A DNA stretch of 64,000 nt from a virus. Its lineage: Duplodnaviria > Caudoviricetes. The notes beneath the pieces were generated by a model that did no database searches, was not told the origin of the DNA, and saw nothing but the letters and a program-made list of their open reading frames with translations. The translations under genes were made by a program, and so were the position numbers. Below are positions 36,654-46,248 of the stretch, piece after piece. The stretch covers positions 21,854-85,853 of IMG/VR virus record IMGVR_UViG_3300027679_000366; one strand, 5' to 3'. Position 1 is the first letter of the stretch. Every line of letters starts with the position of its first letter.

Positions 36654-36680
36654 AAAAAAGCCTACTGTGAAAGTAGGCTT
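36654..36680 (-). terminator. intrinsic terminator
   Basis: AAGCCTAC-loop-GTAGGCTT followed by T-run on minus strand. Confidence 0.8.
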
Positions 36681-36710
36681 AGTCTTCCCATCCCTGAGAA
36701 ATAAAACTAA

Positions 36711-37124
36711 TTAACCGCTAAATGGAGCAACACAACCAGCTACTACTGTAACTGTAGCGGCTACACCACCGTTACCGGCTGCGATTGCTGTTTCTAAAAT
36801 ACCAAAGTTTGCAGTTGGTGCTAAACCACCTGATGGAATTGCTGTACGGCTAGTTTCTGTATCACCAACGTATTGTGTGTCAGTTGCAATGATAACATTG
36901 AAGCTGTCTGTTCCAGCGTCTACTGGCGTAAACACTGCCCATACTTCAGCTGTTTGTTGCAATGCACGAACTGACTTGCTGAACAAGCTGTTTGCTAATG
37001 CGTGATCAACAAATACATCAGCGATAGCGATGTTTAATACGCTAAGTTGGCGTGTACCAAATTGTGTGGTTGGTGTTGTTTTTAAGTAGTTTGCGGCTAC
37101 TGTGTTTCCGACTAATGATGGCAT
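36711..37124 (-). CDS. probable virion structural protein
   Basis: A/T/G/V-rich; strong GAGGAG SD; late promoter and hairpin CTCGCA-GAG-TGCGAG in leader. Confidence 0.5.
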   Translation of the reverse strand: MPSLVGNTVAANYLKTTPTTQFGTRQLSVLNIAIADVFVDHALANSLFSKSVRALQQTAEVWAVFTPVDAGTDSFNVIIATDTQYVGDTETSRTAIPSGGLAPTANFGILETAIAAGNGGVAATVTVVAGCVAPFSG

Positions 37125-37209
37125 AATAATCTCCTCTGAATATGCTTATCAAATACTCGCACTCTGCGAGCTTTGTATATGTATTTAGTATCTGAGTTTA
37201 AAAACTAGT

Positions 37210-38052
37210 TCAAATCGCCAATTTTTGACGGATGTTTTTAAACCAATCTACAGTACCTTCCTTAAGATGAGGGTACTTTTTAGCCATGTCATCACGGAAT
37301 TGTTCTAATCTAGGGCTATCAATACCGCCTACTGCTTGAATCATGCTTTCAACATTGCCTAACATTTCAGCAGTTGCGCCTTTGCCCAGTACAATCTCCG
37401 CTACTTTATCAATGTTGTGTGTAATTACTTTACCTGTGCTACGATCTTGTAAAGCACCGCCAAATCCGTTGTACTGGAATGTCTTGGGAGGATGTCCTGG
37501 AATCGTGTTAACTAAACTGCTCAGTGCAAACTGCTGATCTTGCCCTCCGTATGGGCTATCTTTAACTGAGTAGTCATGCTCGTGATGCTGGCCAATTTCG
37601 TGTGCATTAGCCATGGTCATCAAGTCTACTTGAAAGTACGCCGGCAAGCCTTGAATGTCTTGTCCCATAGGATAGCCTATGTGTACGTTCTTACCTATTT
37701 GCAATGTTGGATATTGCTGTGACATTTGTTGTGCTACTACTTTACGAACAGCACCGTCATCCATTTGAGGATCTAAGTTTAACTTTTGTTTAATCTTATC
37801 TGTATCTAAGAATATATCAATATCGCCAGAGTCGATCTTTGTGGTACCTTTGCTAGCATATCTATGTTCTGGATCAAACGAGCCTGCGCCGCCTGCTCTC
37901 CAGAAGCCTGCATCACCAATGCCGTCAAGTACTGGTTGTAGGTCTTGTTTAACTTGCAAGAACTGCTTAGGTGATAAACGTACTAGCACACCCTTAGTTG
38001 GGTTGTTTTCTAAGTAGTCAATTCCTAGCTTTTTAAGGGCATTACCGCTCAT
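37210..38052 (-). CDS. nucleotidyltransferase-fold protein
   Basis: GAGSF...DSGDIDIFLD, FQVDLM. Confidence 0.65.
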   Translation of the reverse strand: MSGNALKKLGIDYLENNPTKGVLVRLSPKQFLQVKQDLQPVLDGIGDAGFWRAGGAGSFDPEHRYASKGTTKIDSGDIDIFLDTDKIKQKLNLDPQMDDGAVRKVVAQQMSQQYPTLQIGKNVHIGYPMGQDIQGLPAYFQVDLMTMANAHEIGQHHEHDYSVKDSPYGGQDQQFALSSLVNTIPGHPPKTFQYNGFGGALQDRSTGKVITHNIDKVAEIVLGKGATAEMLGNVESMIQAVGGIDSPRLEQFRDDMAKKYPHLKEGTVDWFKNIRQKLAI

Positions 38053-38300
38053 TCTTTATCTTCCTGTATACGTTTGATGCCACGCTTGAACTTGGTGCCA
38101 TCACCAGACTTAATGCTGTTGATAAAGCGGCGTTCTAGTTCGGCGGCAGTTTCAATGTCGTAGTTTTCCTTGATGAGATTAATTAGATTAATAGCACTTT
38201 GAATTATGTTTGAACCGCGGCTTTCAACTACTAGGTCAGTGTCTCGACTGATACCTAGGTCGCTAAGTTCCTGCAAAATTGATCTGGTACTTTTACGCAT
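38049..38300 (-). CDS. conserved phage protein
   Basis: MRKSTRSILQEL...ELERRFINSIK. Confidence 0.6.
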   Translation of the reverse strand: MRKSTRSILQELSDLGISRDTDLVVESRGSNIIQSAINLINLIKENYDIETAAELERRFINSIKSGDGTKFKRGIKRIQEDKE

Positions 38301-38444
38301 ATTTTTATTCTTCCAAGTGTATTTATAGTATACACGGATTGAATAATAATATCAATTAACTTGGTAAATGTTGCAGTGCCGTGTATACTTGCTAAATACT
38401 AAGTAGAAACCATGAGTAACTACACCAACACACAGGAAAGCAAA

Positions 38445-38624
38445 ATGAAATATCTATCAGAAAAGATGCAGTCTATACTGGAACGTTTAAGTGAAATGTT
38501 CCCAGGTAGCAGTTATCAATCAAGTCTAGATGCTTATCTAGCAGACAAAGGCATTACCGATGCCGCTCAACTCGAAAACTATGTTCGCGAGTTCAACTAC
38601 TCTCAAAAAGGGAATTATCTATGA
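38445..38624 (+). CDS. small protein (DUF3563-like)
   Basis: LDAYLA....DAAQLENYVREF; AGGA SD. Confidence 0.45.
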   Translation: MKYLSEKMQSILERLSEMFPGSSYQSSLDAYLADKGITDAAQLENYVREFNYSQKGNYL

Positions 38625-38746
38625 AAACAATCATCAACTCAATCTGGTCATTTTTAGAAGCATTTGGCCAAGCACGTTATGCGGCTAGCCTTGCTCGTCA
38701 AGGTCGCGTGGAAGAATCCAAAGCTGTGTACAATGGACGAGCATGA
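38621..38746 (+). CDS. 41-aa small protein
   Basis: MKTIINSIWSFLEAFGQARYAASLARQG; ATGA coupling. Confidence 0.5.
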   Translation: MKTIINSIWSFLEAFGQARYAASLARQGRVEESKAVYNGRA

Positions 38747-38846
38747 TCCAGTAGAATCAGTGGTCAAACACGTACACATCGTGCTACCCATTGTGGGAGC
38801 AGTATTGATGTTTATGTTGGCTTTCATTGCCATCACTATGGCTTGA
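38733..38846 (+). CDS. 37-aa single-TM protein
   Basis: VLPIVGAVLMFMLAFIAITMA. Confidence 0.5.
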   Translation: MDEHDPVESVVKHVHIVLPIVGAVLMFMLAFIAITMA

Positions 38847-38874
38847 CGCTGTACAACACCTGATAAATATTGGC

Positions 38875-39447
38875 ATGAACTTGGTGTACATTCATGGAGC
38901 AAATGCCACAAGCGAAAGCTTCAACTATATTAAAAGTAAACTGGGCACGGGCTTAGACCTTAATTATGACAGTCGAAATGGGTTTGAAAACAATCTAAAA
39001 GACATGCAGTCAACGTTGCAAAACTATAAGAACCTAGTGTTTGTTGCACACAGCTTGGGCGGTATATACGCATTGCATTTGGCCAACTCAATGCCCGAGT
39101 CCGTTAAGGGTGCTGTTACATTGAGCACACCATATGGTGGTGCTGAAGTAGCGGACTATGCTCAATACTTTTTACCATTCAGCAGACTGATGCGTGACAT
39201 TGGACCCAGTTCGTGGGTAATGAAGCAGGCCAACCGTATCAAGATACAGCATCCGTGGACAAACATTGTTACTGTGAAAGGACAAAGTCCGTTCATGCAT
39301 GGGCCCAACGATGGTGTGGTAACTATTGCCAGTCAACGGCATCATGGGGACATGGAACTGGTGGAAGTGGACTGTAACCACTATGAAGTTGTGCTGAGTG
39401 ATGCAGTTGTTAAACTTGTGGAAGAAAGAGTAAACAAGTTTCGCTAA
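38875..39447 (+). CDS. alpha/beta hydrolase
   Basis: YIHG, AHSLGG nucleophile elbow, NDGVV, NHYEV. Confidence 0.85.
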   Translation: MNLVYIHGANATSESFNYIKSKLGTGLDLNYDSRNGFENNLKDMQSTLQNYKNLVFVAHSLGGIYALHLANSMPESVKGAVTLSTPYGGAEVADYAQYFLPFSRLMRDIGPSSWVMKQANRIKIQHPWTNIVTVKGQSPFMHGPNDGVVTIASQRHHGDMELVEVDCNHYEVVLSDAVVKLVEERVNKFR

Positions 39448-39460
39448 TAAGTCATTCAGC

Positions 39461-39494
39461 TTTACACACAGTTATGTATACTGTATAATAAATA
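39461..39494 (+). promoter_or_regulatory. overlapping sigma70 and TAAATA promoters
   Basis: TTTACA-17 bp-TATAAT overlapping TAAATA; hairpin GACAGCAA-AG-TTGCTGTC follows. Confidence 0.65.
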
Positions 39495-39545
39495 CATGGA
39501 CAGCAAAGTTGCTGTCAATACAGACATTACACACAGGAGATTATT

Positions 39546-39815
39546 ATGTCACAATTCGAAACACCAAAACTACCAGAAGTTAAATTCAGCAAGAACGGTT
39601 ACGAGATCCGCACAGACGTGCTGTCCATGGCCAAAGACGCTGTTATGGAAGAATACCACTCAAAGTTCCGCGGTTGGGAAATGTCAGTGGCCAAAGACGA
39701 AAAGACTGGTCAAGTTGTTACCAGAGTAGATATGCCAGAGTTTCCAGGCTTAGACAAGATCATGGAAGCGGCTGAAAAGTTCTATGGGTTCGTTAATACG
39801 GGCACAAAGAAGTAA
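39546..39815 (+). CDS. conserved small phage protein
   Basis: KNGYEIRTDVLSMAK...IMEAAEKFYGFV; AGGAGA SD. Confidence 0.65.
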   Translation: MSQFETPKLPEVKFSKNGYEIRTDVLSMAKDAVMEEYHSKFRGWEMSVAKDEKTGQVVTRVDMPEFPGLDKIMEAAEKFYGFVNTGTKK

Positions 39816-39851
39816 GCATAGCTTTTAGTAGGTTGATACTATAAAAACACT

Positions 39852-39876
39852 AAAGGACTCTTCGGAGTCCTTTTTT
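39852..39876. terminator. intrinsic terminator between convergent genes (UUCG loop)
   Basis: AAAGGACTC-TTCG-GAGTCCTTTTTT. Confidence 0.88.
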
Positions 39877-40228
39877 ATGCTTGTCTATATATTAGGTTTG
39901 ATTTTATACTTGTAGGACTAAAGAATTCTTCTACAGTATGTATTGCTTGGCTTGTATCAAAATCCTTACAACTAAACACATCGATATAAGCGGCCTTTGT
40001 TGAATTAACAAAGTGTGCTGTTATATTGCTAGTTGTTATCATTTGCAGTAGACTATAGCCTTCGTTGTCAGTACCAACCAGCATGAGTTCTATTTGTGGA
40101 CTACCATATGCTGTCATATTAATTCGTTCAATTAATGTAACAACAAAATTATTAATAGTTGTTCTATCAGTAATAGATTCTAGATTGCAATCGCTACAAT
40201 CTAATATTAAGTGGTAACCCCAGCTCAT
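39875..40228 (-). CDS. speD: S-adenosylmethionine decarboxylase-like proenzyme
   Basis: GYHLILD, ITTSNITAH, YIDVFSCK. Confidence 0.75.
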   Translation of the reverse strand: MSWGYHLILDCSDCNLESITDRTTINNFVVTLIERINMTAYGSPQIELMLVGTDNEGYSLLQMITTSNITAHFVNSTKAAYIDVFSCKDFDTSQAIHTVEEFFSPTSIKSNLIYRQA

Positions 40229-40635
40229 GCAACGCTTTCTTGTCCAAAGTACGATGGATGTGCTTTACCCCAGTTGCGCATGATTACTGCCGCTCGGGCA
40301 TTGGCTTCATTTTCTTGTGGTGATCCTGTAGATCCTGCTTCATCATCTTCTAGCTCATTGTCTAAGTCTTGCTTGTAGTGTACAAGTTCATGTGCTAATG
40401 TACGGCATACATCCATGATGTGACGATTCTTTACTGTGATAGTAATATGTTCGTCGCCCGGAGCATATCCACCAAAGCTTCTACGTTCCATAGACTCTTT
40501 GTTATCAAACACAAAGTCAAACTTAGGCAAGCTGGTTAGCTCTAAGTCTTTGGCGGCAAAACGGATAAAGTCCAATAGGATTGGATAGGTATCCTTCTTG
40601 TTTAGACTTTCAGTTAGGAGTTCTTTAATCTTCAT
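40225..40635 (-). CDS. zincin metallopeptidase-like protein with capsid-targeting-like tag
   Basis: RTLAHELVH...ENEANA; MKIKELLTE. Confidence 0.75.
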   Translation of the reverse strand: MKIKELLTESLNKKDTYPILLDFIRFAAKDLELTSLPKFDFVFDNKESMERRSFGGYAPGDEHITITVKNRHIMDVCRTLAHELVHYKQDLDNELEDDEAGSTGSPQENEANARAAVIMRNWGKAHPSYFGQESVA

Positions 40636-40646
40636 ATATGTACTTA

Positions 40647-41855
40647 TTAGAAGCCGTTAGTGGAAGTTCTGTAAAAGATTTTACCAGTAAAGTCTGATGT
40701 CTTGGCCTGTCCTGGATACTCATAACTGACAGTTAGCACTCCTGGACCGTCTGGACCATTACCAAACATCACACGCAAGGGAATGTATGTGCCTGCTGTT
40801 AGAGCGACTGTAGTTGACACTTCACTCTCGCCGTGTAGACCGCCGTTTGATATAATCACGTTAGTTAATGTATCACCGCTTCGCCAGTTGGTAATAGCAT
40901 TGTCGCCAAACCACAAGTAAGCACCGTCATCACAACTCAAATATATTGTGTAGTTGCCAGTGTATGTTACTCGTAAGTAACCTTTCAGCATCATACTAGT
41001 GGAGTTGGGTAGGTCTGGTTCGTTGATGTCATTGTCAGCAGCGTCAAAGTTATTAGGAGCAGCCTTTAAGGCAGCAGTATCAAAGAAGTTAGCACTTTCA
41101 TAATGATAACCTTCATAGTTAGTACGCCATATACCTGGGCTTACTTCAATAACTTCACCGTTGTATGTTGCTTCGGTGTTTGGATCGTACCAAGGACGAC
41201 CTTGTAATAATCCGCTGGTGTTGGCGTTGTCAACAATATCGGTACCATCATATTGTGTTGGCAAAAATGCAAGATCGTAAGTATTTTTAGCACGATAGTA
41301 CGGTTTGGTAGCATCTAAACTACCAGTAATGGTGCCATCTCTAGCAACTACCTTGCCCTGACGTTTAGCTTCAGCTATGTCAAGTTTAGCAATCTGCCTA
41401 GCCTCTTTGTCTGCTCCGCCGCCGCCACCTAACTCAGTTGCGTATATGACAAATGATGTGCCGTTGGGAATTAACGATGTATTAAGTTCACCAGCACCAC
41501 TGCCTGCAAGGGCTAGTGAATTTGCTGTGGTGATAGTCCAAATGTCAACACCAGACTCACTAGGATCATTGGATTCACCTGTGCCATCAGGTTGGTTCAT
41601 TGATCTTGTAAAACTGGGTTGGCCGTTGGCTGGCACAAAAGTCCAGTTCCTAGCACCAGCACCCAGGGCAATTACCTGTGCCATGTAAGTGTCTAAGGTG
41701 CCACTGTCTTTTCTAGTGGCTAGGGTTCCTACTCCGTATGCGTCATAGTTGAACGTGCCCACTGCCACTAGATAACTGCTGGCGCCGCCCCCGTTAAAAC
41801 TGGTTGCTGTTAAGCCAGTTGGTATTGTCAGTGTTGATATTCCGTTTAGGGCCAT
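40647..41855 (-). CDS. virion adhesin-like protein with C-terminal PA14/GLEYA domain
   Basis: GY....TGNYT..L.CDDGAYLWFG...NGGLHG...LTAG.YIPLRVMFGN. Confidence 0.7.
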   Translation of the reverse strand: MALNGISTLTIPTGLTATSFNGGGASSYLVAVGTFNYDAYGVGTLATRKDSGTLDTYMAQVIALGAGARNWTFVPANGQPSFTRSMNQPDGTGESNDPSESGVDIWTITTANSLALAGSGAGELNTSLIPNGTSFVIYATELGGGGGADKEARQIAKLDIAEAKRQGKVVARDGTITGSLDATKPYYRAKNTYDLAFLPTQYDGTDIVDNANTSGLLQGRPWYDPNTEATYNGEVIEVSPGIWRTNYEGYHYESANFFDTAALKAAPNNFDAADNDINEPDLPNSTSMMLKGYLRVTYTGNYTIYLSCDDGAYLWFGDNAITNWRSGDTLTNVIISNGGLHGESEVSTTVALTAGTYIPLRVMFGNGPDGPGVLTVSYEYPGQAKTSDFTGKIFYRTSTNGF

Positions 41856-41883
41856 TATTTGTATCCTCTAACAATATTTATGC

Positions 41884-41891
41884 TATAAATA
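41884..41891 (+). promoter_or_regulatory. TATAAATA late promoter, back-to-back with a minus-strand TAAATA at 41875-41880
   Basis: 7 nt before hemA ATG, no SD. Confidence 0.7.
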
Positions 41892-41898
41892 CGTTACT

Positions 41899-43104
41899 AT
41901 GATAAACATCGAACCATTCGAAAAACTAATTACAGATCTTAAAGAAAACGGCAAATACCGTGTATTCAACGATATTCTGCGTGAAAATGGCAAGTTCCCA
42001 CAGGCTATTTGGTATGGCCCTTACAACATTAAGAACATAACCAACTGGTGTAGCAACGACTACTTGGGCATGGGACAAAGCAAGGTAGTACTAGATGCCA
42101 TGCACACCGCATTAGACATGACTGGCGCCGGGTCAGGCGGCACACGAAACATTGGTGGTACCAGTCACTATCACGTGGCGCTAGAGCACGAGTTAGCTAC
42201 TTTACATAAGAAAGAAAAAGCCTTGTTGTTTAGTTCAGCTTATGTGGCCAACGAGTGGACCTTGATTGCTCTGGCTAAAATTATTCCCAACATTGAATAC
42301 ATCAGCGATGAAAACAATCACAACAGTATCATTGTAGGCATTCAACACAGTAAGGCTAAGAAAGTTGTGTTTAAACACAATGACTTAGCAGATCTAGATC
42401 AGAAACTCAAGATCAGTTTTGCACAGGGCAATGTACCGTGTGTGGTATTTGAATCAGTATACTCAATGGACGGTGATTGTGGACATATTAAAGAGATATG
42501 TGAGTTAGCTAAAAAGTACAAAGCCATTACCTACATTGACGAAGTACATGCTGTTGGCCTGTATGGTGAGAAAGGTGCTGGCAAGTTAGAGCAGTTGGGA
42601 CTACAAGACAAAGTTGACATAGTCAACGGTACCTTGGGAAAGGCCTTTGGAGTCCAGGGCGGTTACATTGCTTGTAAGGCTGTTGTAGCAGATGCTATTC
42701 GTAGTGTTGCCGCTGGTTTTATCTTTACAACAAGCATGAGTCCTGTTACTTGTGCTGGCGCATTGGCCGCTATCAAGTATTTGAAGGATCATAATGAAGT
42801 GCGTGAAAAGCATCAAGAACGTGCTCGTAAACTAAAGCATCGTTTAGGTGTTGCCGGCATTACTGTTATGCCATGTGCTAGTGAACATATCGTTCCTGTA
42901 CTAGTAGGAGATGCTAAACGTGCCAAAGCAATGAGTGATGCATTATTAAACGATCACAACATCTATGTGCAGGCAATTAACTATCCTACAGTTGATGTAG
43001 GCACTGAACGATTACGTTTTGCGCCTACTCCGTTTCATGATGATGGAATGATTGAAGATCTAGTTAAAGCACTTAAAATAGTCTTTGAGAAGACAGGTAC
43101 TTAA
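41899..43104 (+). CDS. hemA: 5-aminolevulinate synthase (C4/Shemin pathway)
   Basis: [53 protein letters not shown]. Confidence 0.95.
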   Translation: MINIEPFEKLITDLKENGKYRVFNDILRENGKFPQAIWYGPYNIKNITNWCSNDYLGMGQSKVVLDAMHTALDMTGAGSGGTRNIGGTSHYHVALEHELATLHKKEKALLFSSAYVANEWTLIALAKIIPNIEYISDENNHNSIIVGIQHSKAKKVVFKHNDLADLDQKLKISFAQGNVPCVVFESVYSMDGDCGHIKEICELAKKYKAITYIDEVHAVGLYGEKGAGKLEQLGLQDKVDIVNGTLGKAFGVQGGYIACKAVVADAIRSVAAGFIFTTSMSPVTCAGALAAIKYLKDHNEVREKHQERARKLKHRLGVAGITVMPCASEHIVPVLVGDAKRAKAMSDALLNDHNIYVQAINYPTVDVGTERLRFAPTPFHDDGMIEDLVKALKIVFEKTGT

Positions 43105-43915
43105 CATATTCTGCAATACCATCTGCGGGAGTTAGAAAGCTATCAACATCTACTCCGGCAGAGTATAAGTTAGTAACATCAGCACGAGTATTGAGTTGGT
43201 ACTGAGCTTTTAAATCTTTGGGCATAGGGATATATTCTTTATGCCCGTTCTTATGATTGCTTATAATAAGATCTGCAATAGACTCAAAGCTATAACTAGA
43301 TCCAGTGCCTACATCATAAGTTCCGGGTTTATAGTTGTTAACAAAATGATAGATAGTCTTGGCAACATCTTCTACCCAAATAAAGTCTCTGCAATAGTTG
43401 TTGCTATTTTCAAATATCTTTATAGTGTTAGTGTCTACCAGTTGATTGTACCAATGATAGATAGTACTGGCCATACGACCTTTGTGTGATTCATTAGGAC
43501 CATACACATTAAACAGTCTTAGTATAACTCCATCCATGTCTTGTTCGCTAGTTTGTTTACTGTTTGCATACAAGTTTAATGGCCCAGTACCGTTGCCGTA
43601 TACTGCCGCAGTGCTGGTAAAGATAAACGGAATGTTATTCTCTTTACAAATAGTATTCCAATGGTGAGTTGGACTTATGTTAGTTAAGTTAATGCTTTCT
43701 TGATTAGTTTCAAGTGTGCTAGAGTTTGCGCCAATATGTATAACGCATGTTGGATCTGTAATGTTACCATTAAACGATCTATACTTCTTACCTTCTAAGT
43801 AGCGGCTGGGTATAGGTTCTATTTCAACTAGGGCAATATCATCTATGCCTTGTTTGTTTAAGTAACCAAGTACAACGCTTCCAATAAACCCATTTGCACC
43901 TGTTAAGACAATCAT
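43073..43915 (-). CDS. hldD: ADP-glyceromanno-heptose 6-epimerase-like SDR
   Basis: [39 protein letters not shown]. Confidence 0.85.
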   Translation of the reverse strand: MIVLTGANGFIGSVVLGYLNKQGIDDIALVEIEPIPSRYLEGKKYRSFNGNITDPTCVIHIGANSSTLETNQESINLTNISPTHHWNTICKENNIPFIFTSTAAVYGNGTGPLNLYANSKQTSEQDMDGVILRLFNVYGPNESHKGRMASTIYHWYNQLVDTNTIKIFENSNNYCRDFIWVEDVAKTIYHFVNNYKPGTYDVGTGSSYSFESIADLIISNHKNGHKEYIPMPKDLKAQYQLNTRADVTNLYSAGVDVDSFLTPADGIAEYVKYLSSQRLF

Positions 43916-44664
43916 AGTAGTTGATCCAACCGTGGAGCATATACTCCAACATGCTGTACTGTGATGCCGCTAGCTCTAATAGCAAACTTAATTGCGGCTT
44001 GTACATATTCTTGTATTAGATACTCATAAGCAAATGCCGCAAGGAATGTATCTCCAGCACCAGTGACATCAGTAACATCGCCCACTACTTCTGCCGGGAA
44101 CACCCAGCCGTTCCAAACTGCACCATCACTACCATGTGTAACAATTAGCCATCTGTCGTCGGGTAAACTTGTAGCACGTTTATGCTCTAGTTTGTTAATC
44201 TTTATATAACATCCGTTGAATCTAGCTAGGTCTGTTTTCTTTGTGTCAATAAAGATTGGGCCTTTGAATCTACTGCGTAGATCTTCAACTAGTTCGTAAG
44301 TAACTGCGCCTTTGTTATAGTCACTTATCACAATGGCATCGTATGCCGGCAATTCACTTTCAATTGTTATAGGATCGCTAGCTGTGTCATTGTCTATGCG
44401 AAGTAATTGTTGTTTACTACGTTGATCAATTATACGCTTCTTCTTACTAGTACTGCCGTGTAAAAATTTTACATCACATCCTAACGCTTCCAAATTCTTA
44501 CGCACATTGCCTGCCATGCCGTCTAAGACTATTTCATACTTAGGTTCAAACACCGGCACGGGAGCTTCTGGACTAATACGATCAACAGTTCCGTAGACAT
44601 AAGTGTCTACGCAATCATCACCGATTAGTAATATCTTTAATTGTGTTAGTGGTCGAGTATTCAT
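43912..44664 (-). CDS. heptose-7-phosphate kinase (RfaE domain I, PfkB)
   Basis: RISPEAPVPV, ISDYNKG, DVTGAGDTF. Confidence 0.88.
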   Translation of the reverse strand: MNTRPLTQLKILLIGDDCVDTYVYGTVDRISPEAPVPVFEPKYEIVLDGMAGNVRKNLEALGCDVKFLHGSTSKKKRIIDQRSKQQLLRIDNDTASDPITIESELPAYDAIVISDYNKGAVTYELVEDLRSRFKGPIFIDTKKTDLARFNGCYIKINKLEHKRATSLPDDRWLIVTHGSDGAVWNGWVFPAEVVGDVTDVTGAGDTFLAAFAYEYLIQEYVQAAIKFAIRASGITVQHVGVYAPRLDQLL

Positions 44665-45007
44665 TTATTCTCTCAAAAAATTCTATACGTTTACAATGCT
44701 CTTCACCGACTATAGGTTTACCCTTCCAGTCAGATCCTTTAACCATTATATCGCATTCTTTTATTAATTCAATTAGCTCTTCATCTGTATTAAAGATACA
44801 TACTTCTTCTACATCCTTTAGTGCAGACAGTATGCAAGCACGTTCAAACTCGCCCTTAATTGGTCTACTAGGACCTTTAAGTGATTGTACACGATCGTCA
44901 CTGTCAATGCCTACTAACACAGTATCACCCAGACTACGAGCATAGGCAATCAATGCAAGATGCCCTAAGTGCAGTATATCAAATGTTCCGTTAACGAATA
45001 CTTTCAT
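44618..45007 (-). CDS. heptose-1-phosphate adenylyltransferase (RfaE domain II)
   Basis: NGTFDILHLGH, LKGPSRP, VKGSD, YSTT. Confidence 0.88.
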   Translation of the reverse strand: MKVFVNGTFDILHLGHLALIAYARSLGDTVLVGIDSDDRVQSLKGPSRPIKGEFERACILSALKDVEEVCIFNTDEELIELIKECDIMVKGSDWKGKPIVGEEHCKRIEFFERINEYSTTNTIKDITNR

Positions 45008-45606
45008 TCTAGTGACTCTACAAATTGTGCTAGGTTATCAAATATTACTACACGCCGTTTGATTTCTTTATTTGAATAACGACCTAGCTCTTGTTCTGTT
45101 TCTTTACCGTATCCTGTACGTACTAACACAGGCTTAGCACCCATACGAACTGCGGCTTTGAGATCTTTCATCTTGTCGCCAACATAGTAACCTTCTTTAA
45201 ACTTGATTGCTTTGTTTTCTTTCTCACAGCGTTTGAACATGCCCGTGTTGGGTTTAGCAAACGGATCATCTTTACGACTGCTAGCAGAGTAGTACAATGC
45301 ATCAATAGTAAAGCATCCTGCTTGTCCTAACAGTTCATACATGTAGTCGTGGACTGCATCTACGTCTGCTTCTGTAAACAATCCTTTTTCAATGCCGCCT
45401 TGATCAGTGATGATTGCAATCTTATAACCCTTACGGCGCAGTTCAGCCATGGCTTCAATACTACCAGGAATGGGTTTAAATGCATCAGCTTTAAAACAGT
45501 ATGTGCCAAGGTCCTCGTTGATAACACCGTCACGGTCCAATCCAACTACACATTTAGATCCAATCTCCGAACCTCCACCGGTCCAGATAATATTAGGTTG
45601 GCTCAC
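45004..45606 (-). CDS. gmhB: heptose-1,7-bisphosphate phosphatase (HAD)
   Basis: LDRDGVIN, TDQGGI, KPNTGM, VGDK..D, LVRTGYG. Confidence 0.88.
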   Translation of the reverse strand: MSQPNIIWTGGGSEIGSKCVVGLDRDGVINEDLGTYCFKADAFKPIPGSIEAMAELRRKGYKIAIITDQGGIEKGLFTEADVDAVHDYMYELLGQAGCFTIDALYYSASSRKDDPFAKPNTGMFKRCEKENKAIKFKEGYYVGDKMKDLKAAVRMGAKPVLVRTGYGKETEQELGRYSNKEIKRRVVIFDNLAQFVESLE

Positions 45607-45961
45607 GTTGGTTATCTCCGGGCATTACTCGATAGTTGTCTTCTACGCTGTCTGCTGTTGACACTTCCAGAATTGTGCCGGCTTCTAAACAAACTATTTG
45701 ATGAGGATGTAACGGTGCAATATGGAATACATCTCCGGCAATTCCTTCATACTCAAAGATTTTTGCATCACTAGTTTGAATAAATCTAAGCATAAACTTA
45801 CCACTCATTACCCGCCAAGTTTCTTCTTTGACACTATGAAAGTGCATACTGAACTTTGCACCCTGATTGAAGTGCATAAACTTACTACAGTATTTGTCAT
45901 TGGTTGCCCAAATCTCTTCACTGCCCCAACCTTTAGTTACAATACCTGTTAATCTTGTCAT
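45593..45961 (-). CDS. cupin sugar-phosphate isomerase-like protein
   Basis: KGWGSE, SMHFH..KEETW, EVST....DNYR. Confidence 0.7.
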   Translation of the reverse strand: MTRLTGIVTKGWGSEEIWATNDKYCSKFMHFNQGAKFSMHFHSVKEETWRVMSGKFMLRFIQTSDAKIFEYEGIAGDVFHIAPLHPHQIVCLEAGTILEVSTADSVEDNYRVMPGDNQREPT

Positions 45962-45978
45962 TGTCAGTCCTTTAGTAT

Positions 45979-46007
45979 ATTTTATACTATAACGACCGTA
46001 AGGTCAA
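45979..46007 (-). promoter_or_regulatory. sigma70 promoter of heptose cluster
   Basis: TTGACC-17 bp-TAAAAT. Confidence 0.7.
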
Positions 46008-46017
46008 CTAGATTTGA

Positions 46018-46248
46018 CTAATAAAGGGAAATTAATTGAGTAACGCCAAATACCAAAGCGGCACGGGCTTGTTGGTCGGCGGCCGCTTCTTCTAGTTTAT
46101 CTGTACTGATTAAATCTTGTAAGATCTCTTTGGCTTCGCTGGCGCTTAGTTGTCCAGCACCCACAGCTTGGTGTACTTGTAGTGCATACTGGGCACGTTC
46201 TGCGGCCCAAGTGTTACCACTGTTCATTAACTCTGCTAATGCACTCAT
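46018..46248 (-). CDS. hypothetical protein
   Basis: TAATG-coupled to the lipoprotein. Confidence 0.55.
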   Translation of the reverse strand: MSALAELMNSGNTWAAERAQYALQVHQAVGAGQLSASEAKEILQDLISTDKLEEAAADQQARAALVFGVTQLISLY

